Source of the DNA: Minisyncoccota bacterium
GTDB taxonomy: Bacteria > Patescibacteriota > Minisyncoccia > JAHISW01 > Tagabacteraceae
Length of the DNA: 62,706 bases
NCBI GenBank assembly: GCA_028711505.1
Contig: JAQTSC010000004.1
Location: 1-62,706, forward strand
Direction: 5' to 3'
Shown here: piece after piece, positions 52,828-61,115 of the stretch
How the letters are laid out: every line of letters starts with the position of its first letter
How positions within the stretch are numbered: position 1 is the first letter of the stretch
Translations under genes and position numbers: made by a program
Notes under the pieces: generated by a model
What the model saw: only the letters and a program-made list of their open reading frames with translations
Told to the model about the DNA's origin: nothing
The model's database searches: none

Positions 52828-54042
52828 ATGCCTATATTTAAATTTACCGCAAAAAATTTGAACGGCAGTTCCTTAAATGGAGCCCGGGAAGCCGAAGACA
52901 AATTTGATTTGGGCAGGAAGCTCAAGGCGGAAGGATATATGCTTGTTGAGTGCAGCGAAGAAAAAACGGGAAGGAAAGCCGCGTCTTTTTTTTCCGGAAT
53001 ATTGGGAGGAGTTCCTCTTGAAGAAAAAATGATTTTTACGCGCAATCTGGCGGTGATGATTTCGGCCGGTCTGCCTTTGGCGCGCGCGTTGAAAGTGCTT
53101 ACGAAGCAGGCAAAAAGCAAAAAATTCAAGGATGCACTTTCCGATATCTCGGATATGCTTAGCAAGGGTAAGCCGCTTCATGAAAGCTTGGACAAATACC
53201 CGAAAATTTTCTCGCATCTTTACGTGGCCATGGTGAAAGCGGGAGAAAGAAGCGGCAAAATAGACGGCGCCCTTAAATTGGTTGCACAGCAGCTGGAAAA
53301 TGATTTTATTCTTAAAAGAAAAGTGAGGGGCGCCATGATTTATCCGGCAATTCTTGTCTGCGCCATGGTCGCGATAGGAATTTTGATGCTTATATACGTG
53401 GTGCCGACGCTGGTTTCCACTTTTGACGAACTCGGCGTTGACCTTCCTGCAAGCACTCAAGTGATAGTCTGGCTCAGCAACTCTCTTATTTCCAATTCGT
53501 TTGTTATTTTAGTTTTTGCCGTGATTTTGTTCCTGGCGGCAGTTTGGCTTTTGAGAATGCCGGCGGTAAAAAAGGGCATAGATTTTTCGTTTTTGTACCT
53601 TCCGATAATATCTCCTCTTGTCAGAAAAATAAATTCAGCCAGATTTGCAAGAACGCTGTCTTCTCTTATTTCTTCCGGCGTGGATATTCTTGAAGCGTTT
53701 GATATGACTGCCGGAGTTACCCAAAATTTTTATTATAAAAAAATTATAGCGTCGGCAAAACAGGAAATACAAAAAGGTTCTTCAATCTCCGCTCCTTTTA
53801 AACAGGCGGATAATGTTTTTCCTCCGCTGATAGGCGAAATGATATCTGTCGGCGAAGAAACGGGAAAACTGTCGGAAATGCTTTTGCAGATTGCCGAATT
53901 TTACGAAGGAGAAGTTTCCGAAGCGACAAAGGATTTGGCCACTGTCATAGAACCGGTTCTGATGGTGATTATCGGCGCGGTTGTGGGATTTTTTGCAATT
54001 TCAATGATAAAGCCGATGTACTCGATGATGGGAGGAGTTTAA
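52828..54042 (+). CDS. pilC: type IV pilus platform protein PilC (GspF family)
   Basis: 404 aa with two GspF repeats and three TM segments. Its position follows pilB. Confidence 0.9.
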   Translation: MPIFKFTAKNLNGSSLNGAREAEDKFDLGRKLKAEGYMLVECSEEKTGRKAASFFSGILGGVPLEEKMIFTRNLAVMISAGLPLARALKVLTKQAKSKKFKDALSDISDMLSKGKPLHESLDKYPKIFSHLYVAMVKAGERSGKIDGALKLVAQQLENDFILKRKVRGAMIYPAILVCAMVAIGILMLIYVVPTLVSTFDELGVDLPASTQVIVWLSNSLISNSFVILVFAVILFLAAVWLLRMPAVKKGIDFSFLYLPIISPLVRKINSARFARTLSSLISSGVDILEAFDMTAGVTQNFYYKKIIASAKQEIQKGSSISAPFKQADNVFPPLIGEMISVGEETGKLSEMLLQIAEFYEGEVSEATKDLATVIEPVLMVIIGAVVGFFAISMIKPMYSMMGGV

Positions 54043-54058
54043 GGATAAAAAATAAAAA

Positions 54059-55816
54059 GTGGGAAAAATAAAAATTAACAGAGGTTTTTCTCTTGTTGAA
54101 GTTATTGTCGGCACGGCTTTAATGCTTGTGATTTTTGTGGGGCTTTTCGAGGCTTATCGCATGGTCTTTAAAATGATAGGCCAAAGCAGGAGCCGGATTA
54201 CCGCGACTTCGTTGTCCAATAAACAAATAGAGACGGCAAGAAATTTGCCGTATTCTTCCGTGGGTGTGGTCGGCGGTTTTCCAGAAGGGGTTTTGGAAAG
54301 CTCAACAACGACAGTGAGTAATAATATATTGTTTACAATAGAAAACAGGGTGGATTTTGTCGTTGACTCTTCCGACGGGGTGGCTTCCCCGGAAGATGAT
54401 TGTCCTAATGATTACAAAAGAATTGAAACCAAGGTTTCGTGGTCCGATGGTTTTGGCGGGGAAGTTGTTGCCGGGTCGGACATAGCGCCGGAAAATCTTA
54501 GCCAGGAATGTTCTTCCGACGGAGGAATTTTATCCGTTTCCGTTTTTGACAGCCATGGACAGATGGTTTTTTCACCTTTAATTGAAATAAAAGATCCGTT
54601 AACGGGTGAAGTGGTAAAATCAGCGTCTCCGTCAAGCGGCCAGCATTATTTTTCTTTGGCGACTTCCACTTACAAGATATCGGTTTCTGCGTCGGGTTTC
54701 AGCTCTGAAAATACTTATGCCAGCGGCGATATTTATGGCGGCACAACAATAATTACCCCGGAAAAGCCGAATCTGGCTGTTTTGGAAGGCTTGCTTTCCC
54801 AATCAAGTTTATCAATAGACAGAACCGGAGTTTTTTCCGTGGATACAAGTTCTCCATGGGGCAGTGATAGTTTTTCCGATTCTTTTGTTGACGAAAGTAA
54901 AATCCTTGAAAAATCCGACGTCGCTGTTTCAAGCGGCGATGCAATGCTGGCGATTGGAGCTGACGGATATTTTCTTTCCGGTTATCTTCTTTCCGTCGGG
55001 TCTTCGCCTGTAAATATTTCAAACTGGGACGAATTTTCTTTCAGTGACAATGAGCCGGCTGGCGCCGACCTTAAATATCAGATTTATTATTCTTCCTCAA
55101 CGGATTGGTACTTGGTCCCCGAAGAAGATTTGGCCGGAAATTCCGAAGGATTTGATATTTCTCCCGTCGATTTGTCGGGATTGCCGATTGCCGATTACGC
55201 CGGATTGCGGCTGAAAGCGAATTTTTCAACCGAAAGCACCACTACCACTTCGGTTCTTGAAAACTGGAGCCTTTCGTGGATCACTAGCGACCCGACTCCG
55301 ATTCCCGGAGCGACTTTTTCTTTAAGAGGAGAAAAATCAGTCGGAGACGATGAATTTGGAGATCCTATTTATAAGTATTTGGAATCGTTTGAATCGGATT
55401 CCTCGGGGCATAAAGATATTTCGGATTTGGAATGGGATTCTTACACTTTTTCGACAGAGCCGGCCGGCGGTTTGAATTTGGTGGATATAAATCCTTCTCC
55501 TCAGCCAATAGGCCTTTCTCCCTTAGAAAATATTTCAGTCGTTCTTTATCTGGATTCTTCCAATTCTTGTCTGATAACCCTGGAAGACGATATTACGCTT
55601 GAGCCGATTTTTTCCGGTTCAATAAGAATGTACAACAGCGGTTTGGGATACGATGAAACTCAATATACGGATGAAAGAGGCCAGACTCTTTTTATTCCGC
55701 TTGACGCGGGAACTTACAATTTGGAAATTTCAGGGCCAGGGTACGCGTCGGAAAATTCCAGTGTTTCGGTTTCCGGAAACACACTTAAAACAATAGGGCT
55801 GGAGCAGGTTGAATAG
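54059..55816 (+). CDS. very large pseudopilin (prepilin-type N-terminal methylation motif)
   Basis: GTG start. N-terminal RGFSLVEVIVGTALMLVIF (G|FxLxE class III signal), followed by a 550-aa extracellular part. Confidence 0.8.
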   Translation: MGKIKINRGFSLVEVIVGTALMLVIFVGLFEAYRMVFKMIGQSRSRITATSLSNKQIETARNLPYSSVGVVGGFPEGVLESSTTTVSNNILFTIENRVDFVVDSSDGVASPEDDCPNDYKRIETKVSWSDGFGGEVVAGSDIAPENLSQECSSDGGILSVSVFDSHGQMVFSPLIEIKDPLTGEVVKSASPSSGQHYFSLATSTYKISVSASGFSSENTYASGDIYGGTTIITPEKPNLAVLEGLLSQSSLSIDRTGVFSVDTSSPWGSDSFSDSFVDESKILEKSDVAVSSGDAMLAIGADGYFLSGYLLSVGSSPVNISNWDEFSFSDNEPAGADLKYQIYYSSSTDWYLVPEEDLAGNSEGFDISPVDLSGLPIADYAGLRLKANFSTESTTTTSVLENWSLSWITSDPTPIPGATFSLRGEKSVGDDEFGDPIYKYLESFESDSSGHKDISDLEWDSYTFSTEPAGGLNLVDINPSPQPIGLSPLENISVVLYLDSSNSCLITLEDDITLEPIFSGSIRMYNSGLGYDETQYTDERGQTLFIPLDAGTYNLEISGPGYASENSSVSVSGNTLKTIGLEQVE

Positions 55817-56797
55817 ATGAAAAATTACAGCAAAAAAGGATTTACTCTCATTGAAACTGTCATCGCGATAGCGATTTTCGCTCTTGCCATGACCGCGGTT
55901 TCTTCGTTTATCCTTATGCTTTACCGAAGCCAGCACTATAGCTGGGAACAATCTATTGCTGTTGATGAAGCGCGAAAGGGCGTAGAAACAATGATAAAAG
56001 AACTTAGAGAGGCTCATGAGGGCGATGACGGGTCTTATGTTATTGAAAAAGCCGATGATAAGGAAATAGTCTTTTACAGCGACATTGACCAGGATGATGA
56101 AACAGAAAGAGTCAGATATTTTCTTGGAAACGTTAATTCCGGCAGCCAGGTAAAAACTTGCGTTACTTATACGTCCGGAGGAAGTTGCAGTGTTTCTTTC
56201 TCCGATTTTTTTACCGGCACTTTGCTTTCGGTTCAAGTGCAGGTTTCAGTTGAAGGAGATTTTGGCGCGTCAAACGAAGAAGCGGATGTTTATGCCGATT
56301 CTGTTTATTTGAATGAAATTTGCGATAGCGGATGCCAAGATTGCCCCGGAGCTTGGCAGGGGACTTCGGTTTACGATGTTTTTTCTTATGCCGGAGATAA
56401 TTCTATTCAGTTTGTAGCCGACGCGAATTCCCATGTCGGTCCAAACTGCGATTGGCAAGAACCAGACCATTCCATGAAAGCCAGATTTGAATTGACTTGG
56501 ACGGAAGAAACCATGGGCACTGATTTGAAAAAGGGGGTTATCGAGCCGACTTCGGCGCCCGTTGAATACCCTTTGGCCCAGGAACAGATTAGCGTTTTGA
56601 GCTCGTATGTCATAAACGCCCCCCCGATTTTTGAGTACTTTGATAAAAATGGCGATAAAATAATAGATTCGCCGGCGCGGCTTATTGATACGAAAATGAT
56701 GAAAATCTTTATGGTTATAGACGCGGACACTGAAAACGACCCGCCGGCGTATGAGCTTGAATCAAATGTCCGGCTTAGAAACCTTAAAAATGAATAA
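55817..56797 (+). CDS. pseudopilin (prepilin-type N-terminal motif)
   Basis: KKGFTLIETVIAIAIFALAM N-terminus. 326 aa. Confidence 0.8.
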   Translation: MKNYSKKGFTLIETVIAIAIFALAMTAVSSFILMLYRSQHYSWEQSIAVDEARKGVETMIKELREAHEGDDGSYVIEKADDKEIVFYSDIDQDDETERVRYFLGNVNSGSQVKTCVTYTSGGSCSVSFSDFFTGTLLSVQVQVSVEGDFGASNEEADVYADSVYLNEICDSGCQDCPGAWQGTSVYDVFSYAGDNSIQFVADANSHVGPNCDWQEPDHSMKARFELTWTEETMGTDLKKGVIEPTSAPVEYPLAQEQISVLSSYVINAPPIFEYFDKNGDKIIDSPARLIDTKMMKIFMVIDADTENDPPAYELESNVRLRNLKNE

Positions 56798-58256
56798 AAT
56801 AAACAGCACAACAAAAAGAACCGATAGCGGCGCTATAACCATTTTGATTATGGCATTTGGGGCTATATTCATAATATTGCTTGGAGGGCTTTTCGGTTTC
56901 GTTTCCTTGCAGCTTCGCCAAAGCGTGGAAAGAGCCGCGTGGAGCGAGGCTTTGCATATTGCCGAAGCGGGAATCGATTATTACAATTGGTGTTTAAATA
57001 ATGAGGTTGAAGGAAGTTGCGCCGTTGAAAAAGATTATTATGACGCAAACGGAAATCCAGTTGGCGGTTTTTCAATTGAAGTAGACGCCACTATTTCTTG
57101 CGGAGAAACGACCAGAAGGCAGATAATTTCAACGGGGTGGACTGACGCCTTTCCCGATGTTAAAAGAAAAGTTTCTGTCTTGTATGGAAAAATGTCGGTT
57201 GCTAAATACGCTTACATTCTTAACGACAATGTTTGGATTGGGCAGGACCACGAGATAAGAGGTCCTTACCATTCAAATGGCGGCATAAGAATGGACGGCG
57301 ATAATCAGTCTCTGGTTTCAAGCGGGCAGGAAGAATGGATTTGCACTTCATCTTTTGGCTGCGGTCCCTCAAGTTTCCAGGGTCAAGGATGGGGGCTTGG
57401 CCAATGCGGAGACCCTTGCCATCTTGAAGGCAAAAACTGCTTTTGTCCCGGAGTTTTCACCACGGAAAACGGCAGTGAAGACCTGTTTACTTTTCCGGTT
57501 CCGGCTTTTGATTTTGACGGGATAACGATTGACCTGGCTGACATGAAAGATGTCGCCGTTTCTTCCGGAGTCTATCTGCCTCCTTCGGCCGATCTGGACG
57601 AAGACGGCCTTGGGTATCACATCAAATTTTTAAACAGCGGTAATTTTGAAGTATGGATTATTACGGAACTTTCAAGAACAGAGGCTTACAGCGAGGAAGA
57701 AGACTGGCATTATGATTATTTCACCATCTCGGATGAATATCTTTACAATACTTATGCTCCTCCTTCTTCTTGTTCGGTTGTTTTTGTGGAAGACGATCTT
57801 TGGGCTGAGGGCACGGTAAAAGGGAAAATCACGGTCGCTTCGGCGAATCTAATTGATACCGATGTTGATACCGACGTTGTTTTGCCCGGGAATATCGGCT
57901 ATACGACAACAAACGGCGCTGACGGCCTGGCTTTAACAGGAGAAAGGAATGTTCTAATAGGACCGCAGTCGCCCAATAATATGGAACTTCGCGGAATTTT
58001 TATCGCGCAAAAAGGCCGTTTTGGAAGAAATCATTACGAAAATAACGATAAGGACTATTTGGAAATAAACGGTTCGATCATCAGCAACGGCCGCGTGGGA
58101 ACGCAATGGACTTCGGGCAGTCAGGTGATTTCCGGCTACAGAGAAAGAGAAACATATTTTGACGCGAACTTGATTTATGGAGCTCCTCCTTTCGTCCCTA
58201 CCCTAAGCTCGGAATTTGAGATGGCTAATTGGGAAGAAATTCCCGATAGCGATTAG
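56790..58256 (+). CDS. PilX-like pilus-associated protein with a large extracellular domain
   Basis: Start set at the ATG at 56790, which overlaps the previous stop. TM helix ITILIMAFGAIFIILLGGLFG. About 488 aa. Confidence 0.55.
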   Translation: MNKINSTTKRTDSGAITILIMAFGAIFIILLGGLFGFVSLQLRQSVERAAWSEALHIAEAGIDYYNWCLNNEVEGSCAVEKDYYDANGNPVGGFSIEVDATISCGETTRRQIISTGWTDAFPDVKRKVSVLYGKMSVAKYAYILNDNVWIGQDHEIRGPYHSNGGIRMDGDNQSLVSSGQEEWICTSSFGCGPSSFQGQGWGLGQCGDPCHLEGKNCFCPGVFTTENGSEDLFTFPVPAFDFDGITIDLADMKDVAVSSGVYLPPSADLDEDGLGYHIKFLNSGNFEVWIITELSRTEAYSEEEDWHYDYFTISDEYLYNTYAPPSSCSVVFVEDDLWAEGTVKGKITVASANLIDTDVDTDVVLPGNIGYTTTNGADGLALTGERNVLIGPQSPNNMELRGIFIAQKGRFGRNHYENNDKDYLEINGSIISNGRVGTQWTSGSQVISGYRERETYFDANLIYGAPPFVPTLSSEFEMANWEEIPDSD

Positions 58257-58262
58257 AGATTT

Positions 58263-59126
58263 TTATTTTTCCAAGACAGCGGAGCTGACAGCGCGCCATA
58301 TATAAGAAAATTTTATTTTGTGCGCGAACATTTCTTCCGGTGTCAGCGGGTCAAGCCGATTTTCGATTTTACCGCTTTTTATCCTTTGGAAGATTTTTTC
58401 CGGAGTTTTTTCTTCAACGTTTAATATTACATATCCGCGGTTTAACATTCCCTGAAAATGCACATCGGCGGTTGCTATAAGCTGTTTGTTGTATTTTTCG
58501 GCGATTTTTTCCGCTTTTTCGTTAAAATTGAAAGTTTCGTTTGAAAAAATGGAAAGTTCTATCGCGTCAAAAATATCTATATTTTTTTCAAGCAATTGGA
58601 AAAGGCTTTTGCTGTCCGGCACAAAAGGATGGGGAGCGAAAACGAATATTTGAGGATTTTGTTTTTTGTATTCTCTAAGTTCTTCAAAATTTTTTATGTC
58701 TTCCGCGTTTTCGGGGCAGTTGAGAATTACGACGTCTTTTCCTTCTATGTCGGCTTCAATTCCCCGGATAAGGAGAATATTTTTATCCGCGGCGTACTCG
58801 GCGTATCTTTCGTATTTTTCATGTTCAAGAACATTTTCGTGAAACGTCAAAGCGATGGCGTCAAAATTCATTTTTTTGGCCGTGTCTATGAGGTCATAAG
58901 TTGAATAAGAAAGATTGTCTATTACATCGTCTCCGGTGTGGATGTGAAACCCGGCTTTTACGGAAAAAGCTCCGTTTTCTTGTTTGTTTTCCGGTATTTT
59001 TTTTGCCGATTTCAGCTCCTTTTCAGTTGAAGAATTTCCGTAAGCGGAAATGGCCAAAAAAATAACGACAAAAGCGGCGATTGAAATTATTGAAAGCCGC
59101 TTGGCTGTCTTTTTAAGAGATTCCAT
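58263..59126 (-). CDS. membrane-anchored PHP-domain-like metal-dependent phosphoesterase
   Basis: FHIHTGDD motif and further His/Asp positions typical of PHP. N-terminal signal anchor. Confidence 0.5.
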   Translation of the reverse strand: MESLKKTAKRLSIISIAAFVVIFLAISAYGNSSTEKELKSAKKIPENKQENGAFSVKAGFHIHTGDDVIDNLSYSTYDLIDTAKKMNFDAIALTFHENVLEHEKYERYAEYAADKNILLIRGIEADIEGKDVVILNCPENAEDIKNFEELREYKKQNPQIFVFAPHPFVPDSKSLFQLLEKNIDIFDAIELSIFSNETFNFNEKAEKIAEKYNKQLIATADVHFQGMLNRGYVILNVEEKTPEKIFQRIKSGKIENRLDPLTPEEMFAHKIKFSYIWRAVSSAVLEK

Positions 59127-59191
59127 GGATATAGATATATTATCGTTATATAATGAGATAAACAAATTATAAATAATTTTTTGGTTTTAAT

Positions 59192-59428
59192 ATGTGTCTG
59201 GCAATTCCGTTAAAAATTAAAAAAATTGAAGGCGATTGGGCCGTGGCAAGCGACGGGAACTTGGAGAAGAAAGTGAACCTCTCGCTTGTTAAGGGCGTGG
59301 AAGTCGGAGATTATGTTCTCGCTCACGCGGATATGGCATTGAACAAAGTGGAAAAAGACGAAGCGGAAAGAATTTTAGAGATGACGTCTAATTTAGAAGA
59401 GCATAATTGCGAATGCCATGAAAAATAA
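59192..59428 (+). CDS. hypC: HypC/HybG/HupF family protein
   Basis: 78 aa with MCLAIP N-terminus and a GDYVLAH.DMAL core. Confidence 0.8.
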   Translation: MCLAIPLKIKKIEGDWAVASDGNLEKKVNLSLVKGVEVGDYVLAHADMALNKVEKDEAERILEMTSNLEEHNCECHEK

Positions 59429-60326
59429 AGGGATTTACTTTGCTTACGCCGCCGCTTTAATAAGCGGGGTTTCTGTTTTTTTAAATAAGTTCGCGGTGGG
59501 TATTTGGGACAATTCTTCGGTTTTTACCACGGCTAAAAATTTGGTTGTGGTGTTTCTTCTGACTTCCTTGCTTCTGTCTCTTAAAAAAATCGGTGAACTG
59601 AAAAAGTTGTCAAAAAAACAGTGGCTGCAGATGGTTCTTATCGGTTTTATTGGCGGAAGCATTCCTTTTTTGCTGTTTTTTAAGGGTTTGTCATCGGCTT
59701 CGGCCACGAATGCCGCTTTTATACACAAAACGCTTTTTGTCTGGGTGGCTGTCTTGGCCCTGCCTTTTTTGAAAGAAAAAATTTCTTTTTTGCAGCTTAT
59801 CGCTCTTGGGGCGCTTTTCGGCGGAGTATATTTGTTTTCATCTCCATCCGATTTTAAGATCGGACACGGCGAATTTTTAATTTTCGCGGCTACCTTGATG
59901 TGGGCCGTTGAGAATATAATTGCCAAAAAAGTTTTGAAAAATATTTCCTCTTTGGCGGTCGGTTGGGGAAGAATGTTTTTCGGTTCTGCTTTTCTGCTGA
60001 TGTTTTTGATGTTTACGGGAAATATCTCCGGTCTGTTTTATGGCGTCTCCGGAAAGGGATTTGGCTGGTTGATTTTTTGCTGTTTTCTTCTTTTTGCTTA
60101 TGTCATCACTTGGTATTCCGCTTTAAAACGATTGCCGGCCATGGTAGTCAGTTCAATTTTGGTTTTGGCCGCTCCCATTACTTCGCTTTTGAATTCTGTT
60201 TTTGTCGCTCATCAAATTAAAACAGATTTAATTTTTCCGATTTTTTTAATATTGTTTGGAGTTTTACTCATCGGCAATTTACATGAACGGTTTGCAGCTT
60301 TTCATCAAGTACGCTCTTCCTCCTAA
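59418..60326 (+). CDS. EamA/DMT family transporter
   Basis: 302 aa with 10 TM helices in two EamA-like halves. Confidence 0.75.
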   Translation: MKNKGIYFAYAAALISGVSVFLNKFAVGIWDNSSVFTTAKNLVVVFLLTSLLLSLKKIGELKKLSKKQWLQMVLIGFIGGSIPFLLFFKGLSSASATNAAFIHKTLFVWVAVLALPFLKEKISFLQLIALGALFGGVYLFSSPSDFKIGHGEFLIFAATLMWAVENIIAKKVLKNISSLAVGWGRMFFGSAFLLMFLMFTGNISGLFYGVSGKGFGWLIFCCFLLFAYVITWYSALKRLPAMVVSSILVLAAPITSLLNSVFVAHQIKTDLIFPIFLILFGVLLIGNLHERFAAFHQVRSSS

Positions 60327-60981
60327 TGTTTTGGGGTATTGCGGACCCGAAGGACTATCCGCGCAAAAAAACAACGCAGAGGAGTTAAGAAATCTTCTTT
60401 CTCGATTTGAGGGCGCGGTGCCTTACCTGCGTCTTATCGCTTTGTCCAATGGGATAAAAGACGAGTTTGACGAGCGGGTGGTGGAAGCTTATTGGTTGGG
60501 GAACGACCTGCTTTTGAATGTGCTTAATAAAGATTTGTACGACAGCATTGAGGAGCGTTTTGAAAAGAAAATGAAAAACAAAGAATGGAGATGGTTGGTT
60601 TCGCAGTCTATCCCTCAAGCCAAGCCCCATCATGTTTTTCATGTTTTTGAAATTTATCGCCGCGCAGGACTTCTGCGTTCCGGAGCAAAAGACAAAATTT
60701 TGGAGACAATGGATAATTGCCGCATCGGGTGGGGAACGGTTAAATCAATCAACGGAGGTTTTGCTTTGGTCGCGTATTCGCCTTTGGAATTTAGAGAAAA
60801 AAAATTGTGTTTTGGAAAATCAACCGCAAAAAATTTTTTACTGTTGGATCCGTCCGTTAAAATCGGCGACGAAGTTTCTTTTCACTGGAATCATGTCTGC
60901 GATAAAATTACTCCGGATCAAAAAAGAAACTTGGCTTATTGGACCGATTTTCACTTAAAATTGGTGAACAAGACCATTTGA
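60283..60981 (+). CDS. hypothetical protein with a HypC-like C-terminal barrel
   Basis: 232 aa from the ATG at 60283. C-terminal G.V.......A.V.......GDEVSFHWNHV resembles the HypC fold pattern. Confidence 0.4.
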   Translation: MNGLQLFIKYALPPNVLGYCGPEGLSAQKNNAEELRNLLSRFEGAVPYLRLIALSNGIKDEFDERVVEAYWLGNDLLLNVLNKDLYDSIEERFEKKMKNKEWRWLVSQSIPQAKPHHVFHVFEIYRRAGLLRSGAKDKILETMDNCRIGWGTVKSINGGFALVAYSPLEFREKKLCFGKSTAKNFLLLDPSVKIGDEVSFHWNHVCDKITPDQKRNLAYWTDFHLKLVNKTI

Positions 60982-61014
60982 TTTGAAGAAAAAACAGAAA
61001 AAACTTGTTCGCGG

Positions 61015-61057
61015 GATAAAAAAGGCGTTTTTTCCGTTAAAACGCCTTTTTTATCCA
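61015..61057 (+). terminator. intrinsic terminator
   Basis: GGATAAAAAAGGCGTTTT-loop-AAAACGCCTTTTTTATCC, an 18-bp stem. Confidence 0.7.
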
Positions 61058-61115
61058 CACTTTTGGATATAATTCATCGCAATCTTTTTTGTGCGGGCTA
61101 TAATTAAAATAGCCC

